Position numbers and translations under genes: made by a program. A DNA stretch of 64,000 nucleotides. Origin: a virus. Every line of letters begins with the position of its first letter. The stretch's first letter is position 1. Under the pieces are notes generated by a model. It was given only the letters and a program-made list of their open reading frames with translations. It searched no databases and had not been told where the DNA came from. The stretch is from the IMG/VR virus record IMGVR_UViG_3300009514_000435, positions 2,497 through 66,496 of that record, one strand, 5' to 3'. Below are positions 47,507 through 57,300 of the stretch, piece by piece.

Positions 47507-48295
47507 TTATTTCAAATAATCACGAAATCTCAAAGCAAATTCTTCATTTTTATTTTTCCTGTTTTTCTTAGCCTTCATATCTGGTTTAGCTTTTTTCTTA
47601 GGCTTTTTTGCTGATGCTTTCGTGATTTTAGGTTTTTCTTCCTTCTTTGGTTCGACTTTAGGTTTTTCTTCCTTCTTTGGTTCCTTTTTCTTGAGAACAG
47701 GTTTAACTTTCGTAGATTTCTCTACATTTTTCTTCTGTTCTTTTTCAGACTTTTTAGTTTCAGCTTCCTTTTCTTTTTTTTCAGCATCTTCTTTTGCTTT
47801 TCTATTTTTAAATGCAGTGGCGACAGAACCACCAACATCCTTTGCGGTAGACACACCCACATCAACAGTCGAAGCAAGTTCTTTATCTGCGGATCTTAAA
47901 CCAGCTTTTGCTACATTTGTTCCTTTTTCTTTAGCTTTAGAAAGAAACGCCTTTAATCCAGAACCAACCGCTTTAGCCGTTGAACCACCTTTACCTTTCT
48001 TTTTTTCTGCTTTCGACTTTGTTTTAGGTTCGTCTTTTTTAGCAGGTTTATCATCACTTTTTGAGGGTTCACCATCATTCGGTTTACTACTCTTAGTAAC
48101 CATACCTAAACCCTGTTTCTGTTCATCACTCAAAAACCCTTCTTTGTTAAGATGAGCTAAAAGACCTTGAGCGTATTTTTTTTCTGAAGGAGAAACATCA
48201 GGATCGGAAATTACTTTTTTAAGTTGAGCTTTTGTACTTTTAACCCATGCTTCATTTTCTTCCATTGGTTTTTTTAAATATTCCTTATAGCTCAT
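47507..48295 (-). CDS. Lys-rich hypothetical protein, possible DNA-binding core protein
   Basis: MSYKEYLK..MEE start; PKKEEKPK repeats; ends EEFALRFRDYLK. Confidence 0.55.
   Translation of the reverse strand: MSYKEYLKKPMEENEAWVKSTKAQLKKVISDPDVSPSEKKYAQGLLAHLNKEGFLSDEQKQGLGMVTKSSKPNDGEPSKSDDKPAKKDEPKTKSKAEKKKGKGGSTAKAVGSGLKAFLSKAKEKGTNVAKAGLRSADKELASTVDVGVSTAKDVGGSVATAFKNRKAKEDAEKKEKEAETKKSEKEQKKNVEKSTKVKPVLKKKEPKKEEKPKVEPKKEEKPKITKASAKKPKKKAKPDMKAKKNRKNKNEEFALRFRDYLK
47627..47683. repeat. 27-bp direct repeat, 30-bp period (EPKKEEKPK x2)
   Basis: tttaggtttttcttccttctttggttc at 47627 and 47657. Confidence 0.8.
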
Positions 48296-48537
48296 ATTTT
48301 ATTTTTCCTCTTAATGGTTTTAATATCTCTAATATCTGTTTTATCAATCATTCCACAATGCAGAAGTTCATTAATCGTTTTTTCATCAAAAGAAGCTATC
48401 TTATCAAGCAATACCCTTTTCCTTTCTTTAAAAGTCTTGCCTTTCTTGATCTCCCCAATTGGCTCTATCCTTTTCAAAGGTTTTGATGAACCATGTCTTT
48501 GGATTCCTGCACTTCTGAAACTCGAACCTATTTCCAT
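48292..48537 (-). CDS. Hypothetical protein
   Basis: 81-aa ORF overlapping both neighbours; GAGG RBS. Confidence 0.5.
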   Translation of the reverse strand: MEIGSSFRSAGIQRHGSSKPLKRIEPIGEIKKGKTFKERKRVLLDKIASFDEKTINELLHCGMIDKTDIRDIKTIKRKNKI

Positions 48538-48881
48538 TCAATACCTCTATTTTTTTGTTTCAATGATTCGTTGAAACAAAAATCATGTAACTTTTCTTTA
48601 ACTAATTGAGTCTTTGCCTTTTTAATATTTATCCTAGTCACCCGACTAAACAATTCCCTAGACACCTTATTATCTCTATGGCCCAACACATCCACCAAGG
48701 AGCCGAAATCTTTTTCCTCTATAATCATTTTCAACTTATTGAACCAATCTTTTTGTTGTTCATAAATTTCTTCCCTTGTAATCTTACCCCAATGTCCTCT
48801 ATTGTAATATTTATTAAAGGTTTTCTCGAAAATGTTTTTATGTTGTTCTTCTTTGTAAAATTTTTTAAAACTTAGAGACAT
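48528..48881 (-). CDS. Hypothetical internal head protein with CTS-like N-terminus
   Basis: Starts MSLSFKKFYKEE. Confidence 0.55.
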   Translation of the reverse strand: MSLSFKKFYKEEQHKNIFEKTFNKYYNRGHWGKITREEIYEQQKDWFNKLKMIIEEKDFGSLVDVLGHRDNKVSRELFSRVTRINIKKAKTQLVKEKLHDFCFNESLKQKNRGIEWK

Positions 48882-49390
48882 TACTGACCCTCTCTTATTC
48901 TAAATTCTGCTTTTACTCCCTTTAAAGAATTATTTTTCTTTACATTATTGACCATATCCAACAATTCTTTAGAAGATAAATTCAAATTATTAACAGTAGT
49001 GTTGCCATTTGTTTTACTATCCACTTTTTTCATTTTCACTTTCGCATCTAACTTAGCCTTTTCCATACTAATCAACTCTTTTAAAGCTGTTGATTTGGAA
49101 TTAGCTAATCCACCCAGAACTTCATACATTCTAGCAGGAGAACCTATTTTAATCTCTTTCTGTAATCCATTCATAGTAACATTGATATTAGAAATCAACG
49201 CCTTTAGTTCTTCGATAATGTAATCTTCTTCATTGAAGTCTAAATCGGTCTTTTCTCTAGTTACCAGTGCTTCAGTCTTAGTCACCAGTTCTTCAGCTTC
49301 AACTATTTCGCCTTCAAACTCTGTATCTAGACTTTCACTAATATTATCGAATGTCTCATTCGTTTCCGCTTGTTTCTTTTTCTTATCCAT
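48881..49390 (-). CDS. Terminase small subunit gp16-like
   Basis: DY..E.LK.LI, SPARMYEVL..L, T.VNNL.LSSKELL.M; lies between gp15 and gp17. Confidence 0.75.
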   Translation of the reverse strand: MDKKKKQAETNETFDNISESLDTEFEGEIVEAEELVTKTEALVTREKTDLDFNEEDYIIEELKALISNINVTMNGLQKEIKIGSPARMYEVLGGLANSKSTALKELISMEKAKLDAKVKMKKVDSKTNGNTTVNNLNLSSKELLDMVNNVKKNNSLKGVKAEFRIREGQ

Positions 49391-49399
49391 AAGTCACCT

Positions 49400-49675
49400 T
49401 TATTTTTCATCAACAGTATCTCTAAACAAATTGTAATTCTTAATATAATCAGACCCGATACTTCTTTCTTTCTGAGATTTTGAGCCTTCGCCTAAGTCTC
49501 TTTCTATATTTATACCAAAAAAGGATATCTTAGAAGCTGAAATTATAAATATACCCAAACATATCATTACAAATATGAAAGCATACCTTACACTTTTGTA
49601 CTTTCCGACTAATCCAAAAAAGCTACCAACTTTCTGTTTTATCTTTTCTTGTGTATTCATTCTATTCCTTAACAA
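49400..49675 (-). CDS. Small membrane protein
   Basis: One hydrophobic segment YAFIFVMICLGIFIISA. Confidence 0.5.
   Translation of the reverse strand: MLRNRMNTQEKIKQKVGSFFGLVGKYKSVRYAFIFVMICLGIFIISASKISFFGINIERDLGEGSKSQKERSIGSDYIKNYNLFRDTVDEK
49507..49514 (-). promoter_or_regulatory. Possible late promoter TATAAATA for gp16
   Basis: Exact motif inside a CDS, about 117 nt upstream of gp16. Confidence 0.4.
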
Positions 49676-50475
49676 GCATCAAAATCTTTATTTACAAACA
49701 CTTCAAAATCAACTTGATCAGCACTGTAAGTGTAAGAACTAGTTGGAAATGCTGAAGTTGAGTCCCACCCCGATAATTGTATTTGATTCATAGCGGATAG
49801 TCCATCATCCACACCGCCCTCTATTAAATTAAGGTTAATATCCTTAATTACAGATTCATCACTAAAACCTCTGTACATATGGGCTTCACAAGTTAAATTC
49901 AATGTTCCATTGACATATCTTCTTACAGTTTCTTCCTGTTCAACCAAAAATTCTTGGGAAATTCCATCCAATCTCACTTTCACATTTCTTTCAATATTTA
50001 AAAACCGAAATTCTTTAATTCTAATATGTCTAGCAGGGTCAAAATACGGTAAAATCTGTTCCAAAATTTGAGTAAAATGAGAAAGACTCTGCGTTCTGAT
50101 AGACAATTCAAATCCCAAATCATAAGGAACGGGGTTGACATCTGAAATGAACGAATCCACATCCGACAAAGCAGACAACGAATTGTACCACATTCTTGTA
50201 ACATTTGTTCCTTTTGCTCTCTCTCCGTTATATTGAGTACTAATCCAAGACAAAGAAAGTTTCGGGTATTTAGGATAATACTTTTGTCCAGATTCATCTT
50301 CTAATAATAGTGCTTGATATTTTTCTTTTTCTGCCAACTGAATTGGAACTTTGAGAGTTCTAGCAATAGCACCATTCTCAAAATCGTAAACCTTTATCCC
50401 ATTAAATTCGTTCATAAGACCTATAATGATAGCTCTCACTGATTGGGGAATATAATCATCGGGTACTAAAGCCAT
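49669..50475 (-). CDS. Tail sheath stabiliser/terminator gp15-like
   Basis: KVPIQLA.KEK, P.LS, PVPYDLGFELSI, QILEQILPYF.P. Confidence 0.9.
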   Translation of the reverse strand: MALVPDDYIPQSVRAIIIGLMNEFNGIKVYDFENGAIARTLKVPIQLAEKEKYQALLLEDESGQKYYPKYPKLSLSWISTQYNGERAKGTNVTRMWYNSLSALSDVDSFISDVNPVPYDLGFELSIRTQSLSHFTQILEQILPYFDPARHIRIKEFRFLNIERNVKVRLDGISQEFLVEQEETVRRYVNGTLNLTCEAHMYRGFSDESVIKDINLNLIEGGVDDGLSAMNQIQLSGWDSTSAFPTSSYTYSADQVDFEVFVNKDFDAC

Positions 50476-50485
50476 TTTCTATCTC

Positions 50486-51292
50486 CTAATTCCAAAAATC
50501 ATCACCTATTGGATCTTGATTATCTGTTTCTTCGCCCACACTTGAAGTGTATAAAACATCATCTTTTATAACATCAATATGTTCTGAATCATCTAAAATA
50601 TCTGGCTGATCCATTGCACTAGTAATCTCTGACATCGCACCGCTAGTAATGGGTGAGAATGAGAGATTTTGATCTGGCATTATTCTTACAATAAATTTCC
50701 ATGAATGTTTTTTCTGTAAAAACATTTCTTCTTCTTCTTTAACTTCAATTAATTCATAGTAGGTGTTGTTATATTCTGCTCTTATTATATCCCCAACTTT
50801 GGGTTCAATCGCAGGATAAGTAGCAGACACATCCACTGGGTTTGTTACTGGAAATAAAGAAACACCGCTTGTATCATACCGACTAGCCACCGAAAAATGC
50901 TTTTTACTAATGTGCATTTCAAAATTATCCAGTTCTTCTAAACCATATTTTCCATACATATTTTCTTCTTTAGGCAATTCAAAAACCGCCATAATTGGAA
51001 ACCTTCTTTCAATTTCCCTGATATCATCTTCACCATATAATTTGTCTGCGGAAGTATCAAAAGCAACCCTATAATACATCATTGGATTACCATGAATATT
51101 AAAGGCTTCTGTCAATAAATTATCATACAGGTTTCTATCAGCATCATACCTTTTATTTAGGTGGAAATTAAAAAATTGGTTAGGCATTGCATTCGCACCC
51201 TTCAAACCCGAAGGTGTGTAATCTGGTATAACACCTAAACCACCTGCTTCTACTGGTGGAATTGATGGTGTTCCTGTTCCTGATGTTGCCAT
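50486..51292 (-). CDS. Neck protein gp14-like
   Basis: L..EA.NIHG....YY, D.LYGED, KYGL, ISKKHF, PKVGDII, YEL.EV. Confidence 0.85.
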   Translation of the reverse strand: MATSGTGTPSIPPVEAGGLGVIPDYTPSGLKGANAMPNQFFNFHLNKRYDADRNLYDNLLTEAFNIHGNPMMYYRVAFDTSADKLYGEDDIREIERRFPIMAVFELPKEENMYGKYGLEELDNFEMHISKKHFSVASRYDTSGVSLFPVTNPVDVSATYPAIEPKVGDIIRAEYNNTYYELIEVKEEEEMFLQKKHSWKFIVRIMPDQNLSFSPITSGAMSEITSAMDQPDILDDSEHIDVIKDDVLYTSSVGEETDNQDPIGDDFWN

Positions 51293-51317
51293 ATAAATTA
51301 CCTTTTTATCTTTTAAT

Positions 51318-51325
51318 TATTTATA
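51318..51325 (-). promoter_or_regulatory. T4-type late promoter TATAAATA
   Basis: Exact motif upstream of gp14. Confidence 0.75.
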
Positions 51326-54305
51326 AAACGATTTTTCTTGCAAAAGTGGAAGATAAGCCATTTCTATTTATAATATACGGAATCACTATGGTTAAGGAGT
51401 TTTCATCCGTTCTCAAATCCATCTTCACCTGTTCTTTTATTACCGTCACCCTTTTCTCATATCTTCTGATATCTCTCAAAAGAATACTGACTAATTCTTG
51501 TGCAGAATCCAAGTTTAATTGCTCAAATGTGACCAAAGGGAGAATTGTTCCAAATCTAGGAGAAAACAATTTTTCTCCCCTGATTGTTGATAAAATATTT
51601 TCGATACTCGCATTGATAGCCTTATCGTTTATTATTTCCCCTTGCGATAAAATGTTTTTATCTAAATCATAAGCATATTCTTCAACTCTTTCGGTTACTA
51701 ATTGTGCTTTTATTTTTGCTCTATTGATAGCCAATTGATCTGATTCTATATCACCAACACCTTTAACTATTGGTAATGGAATTATCAAATTTCCACTACC
51801 TAAAGGTTGAACCCTAGCCACACCGCTTACTACTGGAATAGAAATTATTATAGAACCACTACCTAAAGGTTGAACCCTAGCCACACCGCTTACTACTGGA
51901 ATGTGAATGTTTAGATTGCCTGTACTTGTTCGACCTATTATACCTTCACCAGATAAAATAGGAGTAGGAATGTTTAGATTGCCTGTACTTGTTCGACCTA
52001 TTATACCTTCACCAGATAATGTTAGTAAAGGTGTTGTTAATAAACCATTACCGTTAATAGAAACTATTCCAGTTCCCGATAAAGTAGGTAAAGGTGTTGT
52101 TAATGAACCCGTACCAGAAACTATATTTTCAACAGAAGTGTACAATTCAGAACCAGAAAGTATGTTAGATTGAGTTTGTATCCAACCTATTGTACGATCT
52201 CCACCAGAAGTCAATCTGATTTCATCAATAGAACCATCCCAAAATTCAAAGGCAGAAACAGCATATGTGTACCTAGCCTTATCGTAAGCTACAGCTAAAG
52301 GTATGTTAGAATTAGTATCTCCAGAAAATGCACTAGATTGTGTTCCCGATATACCATCTACTAAAGTATATACAACATTATTGCTTCTTAAACCTCCAAC
52401 ATAATACCACTTATTTTGTTGAATTGGTGGATCTGGATATGAACCACTTACAGAAACTTTAGAAGTATCGTCTTCAAATACAGTAAAAAATGAACCTTGT
52501 CTTTTTGTTGATTCATTTAATTGTATTTCAAAATTAAAATTAGGAATACTGTTATCTAACCTTTTTTGAAATATCTGATCAATATCAGCCGAAACTTGTA
52601 TATTAGGTGTATGTCTTACATATGCTTCCAATAAACTATTATCAGAACCTATTTTTAATGAAGGGGAATCGGGTATATCAAATCCAGAAACATTATTACC
52701 AAATCCAAACTTAAAATAAGAACCTAAACCGTCATCTGCACAAGTTATAGAACCTGAAGTGTATGTTTCGTAATCAGGTAAGAAAAAACTATCATCTACA
52801 GCATTGTTACCATTTCTAGTTGAATCTATAAATCCATATTTTCCTTCAGCCGTATCAGACCTTTTCCATATCATATGATGAACCATTGAGAAATTTTCAT
52901 CCCAAACATTATATCTTCCAAAAGAAACATCTTCTACTGGTTGTCTTTCGTTTGCCGAAGTGTTATACCAAATATAAAAAGAACCTCCAACACCAGAAGT
53001 AACGGAAGTTTCTACCCAAATTTCAGTAGCACTTGTTGTTTTATCCCAAAAAACAACTTCTAAAGGTAATGAACTGGTTCCTAGCTCATCAGATGTTACT
53101 CTTAAATCCCCCCCATCGTCTTGTGTATTATTCCACATTGTTGTTGTAATAAAACTACTTGGTATTCTAATAGGAACATTTTCTGTTGTTTTTACTGTTG
53201 AGGGGTTTATTATAAACTTTGTTTTATTATTCCAATCATCTGGAAAAACAGAACCTATGTTTTGTACTGATCCCGCAGATACGAAAGAACTTTGGCTGTT
53301 TATGTTTTCATATTGTGCTTTTATTTTACCCGAATTAGAAACAACAGAACCAATTCTCACTTCATCAATAGAACCATCCCATTCTCGATTAGAAAATGGA
53401 TGATTCGCTATTAATAAATTATTAGAAACATTGGATATTGTTCCAGAGGAACTAGCAGAAGACTCTAAGTCTCCGTTAATATAAATCGCAATTGTTGTTC
53501 CATCATAATTCGCAACCACATAATTAAAACCAGTAGCAGTTAAAGGGTCTGATGTTGAATCTACACTTTCAGAAGTTAAATTATTGCAATAAAATCTTAT
53601 ATTATCACTAGTACCCCACTTTGTAAGTCTAAAACCGCCATCACCCTTTGTTACTATACCTGCCCATTCTGGTAAATCACCTGCCGAAATCCAACATTCT
53701 ATTTCTAAACTTGTCGTATAGTCGTAATCAGTTTCATTTGGGATATCAACATATGCAGATGTTCCTATTCTAACAAAAGACTGAGCATCACCAATACTTC
53801 CATCTATAGGTACTGCATTTCCATTTGTAAAGATTCCATCATTTCTTGCAGAAGTGGAATCATTCAGAGAAGATGTACCAGAAACTTCTCCCATATGCCA
53901 AACAGATGTATAATCTGTCCATACATTTTCAGAACCAGCCGTAGTTGCACTTGCTTCTGGTTGCCATGTATCACCAACCCCCCACCACATATAAACCGTT
54001 TGTGAGGTTCCTGATAATTCAAAAGTATCTGGTAATTTAACATGAACAACAAAAGCCGAAGTGTCTTGGTTGTATTGTTCTAAATCAATAGGTAAAACAC
54101 CATTACCGTCTGAACCAGAAGTAAATCGAATATCACCACCATTTGGTCTAGCTTTTGTATTGCCTGTAAATATTTCAGTAGACGGAAAACCATTAGAATC
54201 TTGAGTAATAACTGTTTCTAAACCTAATACACCGCCAGTAAACGCAGATGTATTTGGATTAATAACAAACTCTACTTTATGATTCCACCCACTTGGAAAT
54301 GTCAT
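51321..54305 (-). CDS. Virion protein: 2x(DUF2341 + LamG), 21-aa repeats, C-terminal gp25-like domain
   Basis: GGDIRFT/GGDLRVT, WVE, WDGSIDEVRI / WDGSIDEIRL; C-terminus AINASIENILSTIRGEKLFSPRFGT..L.FE...YEKRV. Confidence 0.8.
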   Translation of the reverse strand: MTFPSGWNHKVEFVINPNTSAFTGGVLGLETVITQDSNGFPSTEIFTGNTKARPNGGDIRFTSGSDGNGVLPIDLEQYNQDTSAFVVHVKLPDTFELSGTSQTVYMWWGVGDTWQPEASATTAGSENVWTDYTSVWHMGEVSGTSSLNDSTSARNDGIFTNGNAVPIDGSIGDAQSFVRIGTSAYVDIPNETDYDYTTSLEIECWISAGDLPEWAGIVTKGDGGFRLTKWGTSDNIRFYCNNLTSESVDSTSDPLTATGFNYVVANYDGTTIAIYINGDLESSASSSGTISNVSNNLLIANHPFSNREWDGSIDEVRIGSVVSNSGKIKAQYENINSQSSFVSAGSVQNIGSVFPDDWNNKTKFIINPSTVKTTENVPIRIPSSFITTTMWNNTQDDGGDLRVTSDELGTSSLPLEVVFWDKTTSATEIWVETSVTSGVGGSFYIWYNTSANERQPVEDVSFGRYNVWDENFSMVHHMIWKRSDTAEGKYGFIDSTRNGNNAVDDSFFLPDYETYTSGSITCADDGLGSYFKFGFGNNVSGFDIPDSPSLKIGSDNSLLEAYVRHTPNIQVSADIDQIFQKRLDNSIPNFNFEIQLNESTKRQGSFFTVFEDDTSKVSVSGSYPDPPIQQNKWYYVGGLRSNNVVYTLVDGISGTQSSAFSGDTNSNIPLAVAYDKARYTYAVSAFEFWDGSIDEIRLTSGGDRTIGWIQTQSNILSGSELYTSVENIVSGTGSLTTPLPTLSGTGIVSINGNGLLTTPLLTLSGEGIIGRTSTGNLNIPTPILSGEGIIGRTSTGNLNIHIPVVSGVARVQPLGSGSIIISIPVVSGVARVQPLGSGNLIIPLPIVKGVGDIESDQLAINRAKIKAQLVTERVEEYAYDLDKNILSQGEIINDKAINASIENILSTIRGEKLFSPRFGTILPLVTFEQLNLDSAQELVSILLRDIRRYEKRVTVIKEQVKMDLRTDENSLTIVIPYIINRNGLSSTFARKIVL
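51738..52115. repeat. 63-bp (21-aa) coding tandem repeat, about 6 copies
   Basis: G.G.L.IP.P.LSG.G..... units; adjacent copies share long identical DNA stretches. Confidence 0.85.
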
Positions 54306-54314
54306 CCTTTACCC

Positions 54315-57300
54315 CTATAAAATTATTACTCTGCTAAATGTTACTACTAATCCGCTTCTATTAATTACATACGGCAACACTAAGGTCAAAGAATTATCAT
54401 CCGTTCTGATGTCTAATTTTATTTGACTTGTAATTACCGAAATTCTATCTTCCCATAATTCTATCGCTCTTAATAACTGATCCAACAATCTATTAGCTGA
54501 TTCTATATCTAAAGTATCAAAAACAACCAACGGCAAATCTGAACCAAAGAAAGGTGAAAATAATCTTTCCCCTCTTATTGTTGATAAAATATTCTCTATA
54601 CTTATATTTATGGCTTTATCATCAAATATTTCCCCTACAGATAAGGTATTTTTATCAAGATCATAAGCATATGAATCTATTCTCTCTGTTTTCCTTTTAG
54701 CATTAATTAACGCTTGAGTGGTGTCGATGAAATTTTCATTATCTGCAATTCCATTCACTGTAAAAATAGGAAGAACTAATGTTCCTGTACCTGAAATGCT
54801 TTGTATTACTGTTCCTACACCAAAAAGAGTTGGAACGGGAATCACCAAACCCCCTACACCTGTTCTACCAACCAGACCATCACCAGAAAGAATTGGAATA
54901 GGCACTGTTAAAGAACCCGTACCATCACTCCCGACAGTTCCTACACCAGAAAGGGTTGGAATAGGTATTACCAGATCACCCGTACCAGTATGTCCAAGTT
55001 GACCTATACCAGAAAGAATTGGAATAGGCACTGTTAAAGAACCCGTACCAGTATGTCCAAGTTGACCTATACCAGAAAGAGTTGGAATAGGCAATGTTAA
55101 AGAACCTGTACCATCACTCCCGACAGTTCCTACACCAGAAAGAATTGGAACAGGTATTACCAGATCACCTGTACCAGTATGTCCAAGTTGACCTACACCA
55201 GAAAGAATTGGAATAGGTATTACCAAATCACCCGTACCATCACTCCCGACAGTTCCTACACCAGAAAGGGTTGGAATAGGTATTACCAAATCACCCGTAC
55301 CATCACTCCCGACAGTTCCTACACCAGAAAGAGTTGGAATAGGCAATGTTAAAGAACCTGTACCATCACTCCCGACAGTTCCTACACCAGAAAGAATTGG
55401 AATAGGTATTACCAAACCACCTGTACCAGTATGTCCAAGTTGACCTATACCAGAAAGAATTGGAATAGGCACTGTTAAAGAACCCGTACCAGTATGTCCA
55501 AGTTGACCTACACCAGAAAGAGTTGGAACAGGAATCACCAAATCCCCTACACCTGTTCTACCAACCAAACCATCACCAGATAATGTTGGTACTGGAATTG
55601 TTAAAGAACCTGTTCCTGTAGAACCTTCGGACACAGGTTCCCATATGTTTGAACTAGCTAGTCCGTTGTAATAAGTTGCTTTTAACCATTCTAAAGATCT
55701 TCCAGTATTTGAAATCCTAACTTCATCTATTCTACCGTCAAAATTTTCTTCATCAGATGTACTAACACCTATTCTAAACTGATTTCCTGTAGTATCATCG
55801 ATAGTAGAACCACTAGAAGCCGTACCGTTTTGTGTACCATTGATATAAGTTGTTATAGTTCCACTTACGAAAGTAAAAGCAACATGATACCAATTACCAA
55901 CAGACATTGAAGCAGATGTATTTGGACAATCATCATAAACACCAGAATCAGTATCCAAATATACACCCAAACAACCATCATCTACATATAACCAATAATT
56001 ACCTTTTTCTGCAATATCATTCCAATTTGTAGAATCATAAGATTCAGCATTTATCCACGCTTCTAAAGTTAAATTATTGGTAATATTTAAACTATCGTGA
56101 TCATCAACTTCTATATAAGTGTTTGTAGCACTAATAATTCTACCATCACCAATTTGACTTGCAGATAAATCGGAACTGAAGTTTTCTCCATCATTATTTG
56201 CACTAGTTGAATCTAATAAAGAAGATCCTAAATGTTGTACTAGTTTAAAATTGTCATCCCAAACAGCATCACTACCAGATGTTGCTGTAACATCAGGTTG
56301 ACTTATTGTTGCAGATGTATCGTACCAGATATATAAGTTATTACCACCAGAAGCACTTAAATCAGTCTTAACCCAAAGTTCTAAAGCAGAAGTTGAAGTA
56401 TCACAAGTAACCACTTCAATGGGTACAGGATTGGAACCAGAAGAATCAGTAGTTACCCGTATATCCCCACCGCCATCTTGAACATATTCCCAAAAATCAG
56501 AAGCAGATACTTCACTGTTTGTAATTAGAGAAGGAAAATCTGATAAATTACTATCAACATAAGTTCCAACTGATTCTATATTTACTTTCTTATTCCAATC
56601 ATCAGGAAAAACAGAGGTAAACGGTTCAACATTAACAGTTATTTGTAATAATCTATTTAAAGAAGATCCATCAGAATCATATCTATCGTTTAAGGTAGAT
56701 TCATCATCAACCTGTCTTGTAAAACCTTGAATGTTTGACGATCTAGAACCAGAAGTAACTCCGTTAAATCTCATTCTTTGAAAAACGCTGTTTGCAGAAT
56801 AAACTTCAGCATCTGTGTCACCATTAGCGACTGTTGTATATAACCAAGAATCATCTGCCGATGTTGTATTATCTATTGTTTGTATGAAATCAGAAGTAAT
56901 CTTTGTATTTGTAGTTGGATCATAAGGTTTAACTTGTTTTACATTATAAATAGAAGTTGCACCTAACCAAAAATCAGCTAAAGAGGCAGTGCAGGTTGCA
57001 GATACTTCATAAGTTCCACTACTTGAAGGTAATTCAGAATCCAATAAATAATATAAACCTAAATCGTTTGCTCCTTCATCGGCAAACTCAATTAAGTGCA
57101 TTTCCACACCATCAAAATAAACATTATAATCAGCAGATGTTGTTGATGTAGCATCTTCTTTTAATATAGAAGCAAATAAAACTCTATTTGGTTGTTCTCC
57201 TAATTCAAAATCAAAAGATACAGATGTAACGCTACCATCACCAATTAAACCCGAATAATCATGTCTGATTTTAGATATTCTATTAAATTCTATTATAGAA

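Noticed and set aside
49400-49675. Possible holin, or spanin pairing with the 3269 lipoprotein
   Set aside because: A single hydrophobic segment only; no adjacent endolysin or spanin partner
54745-55616. Regular 63-bp periodicity as a possible CRISPR array or DGR repeat
   Set aside because: In-frame coding repeat without unique spacers; no cas or reverse transcriptase gene in the window
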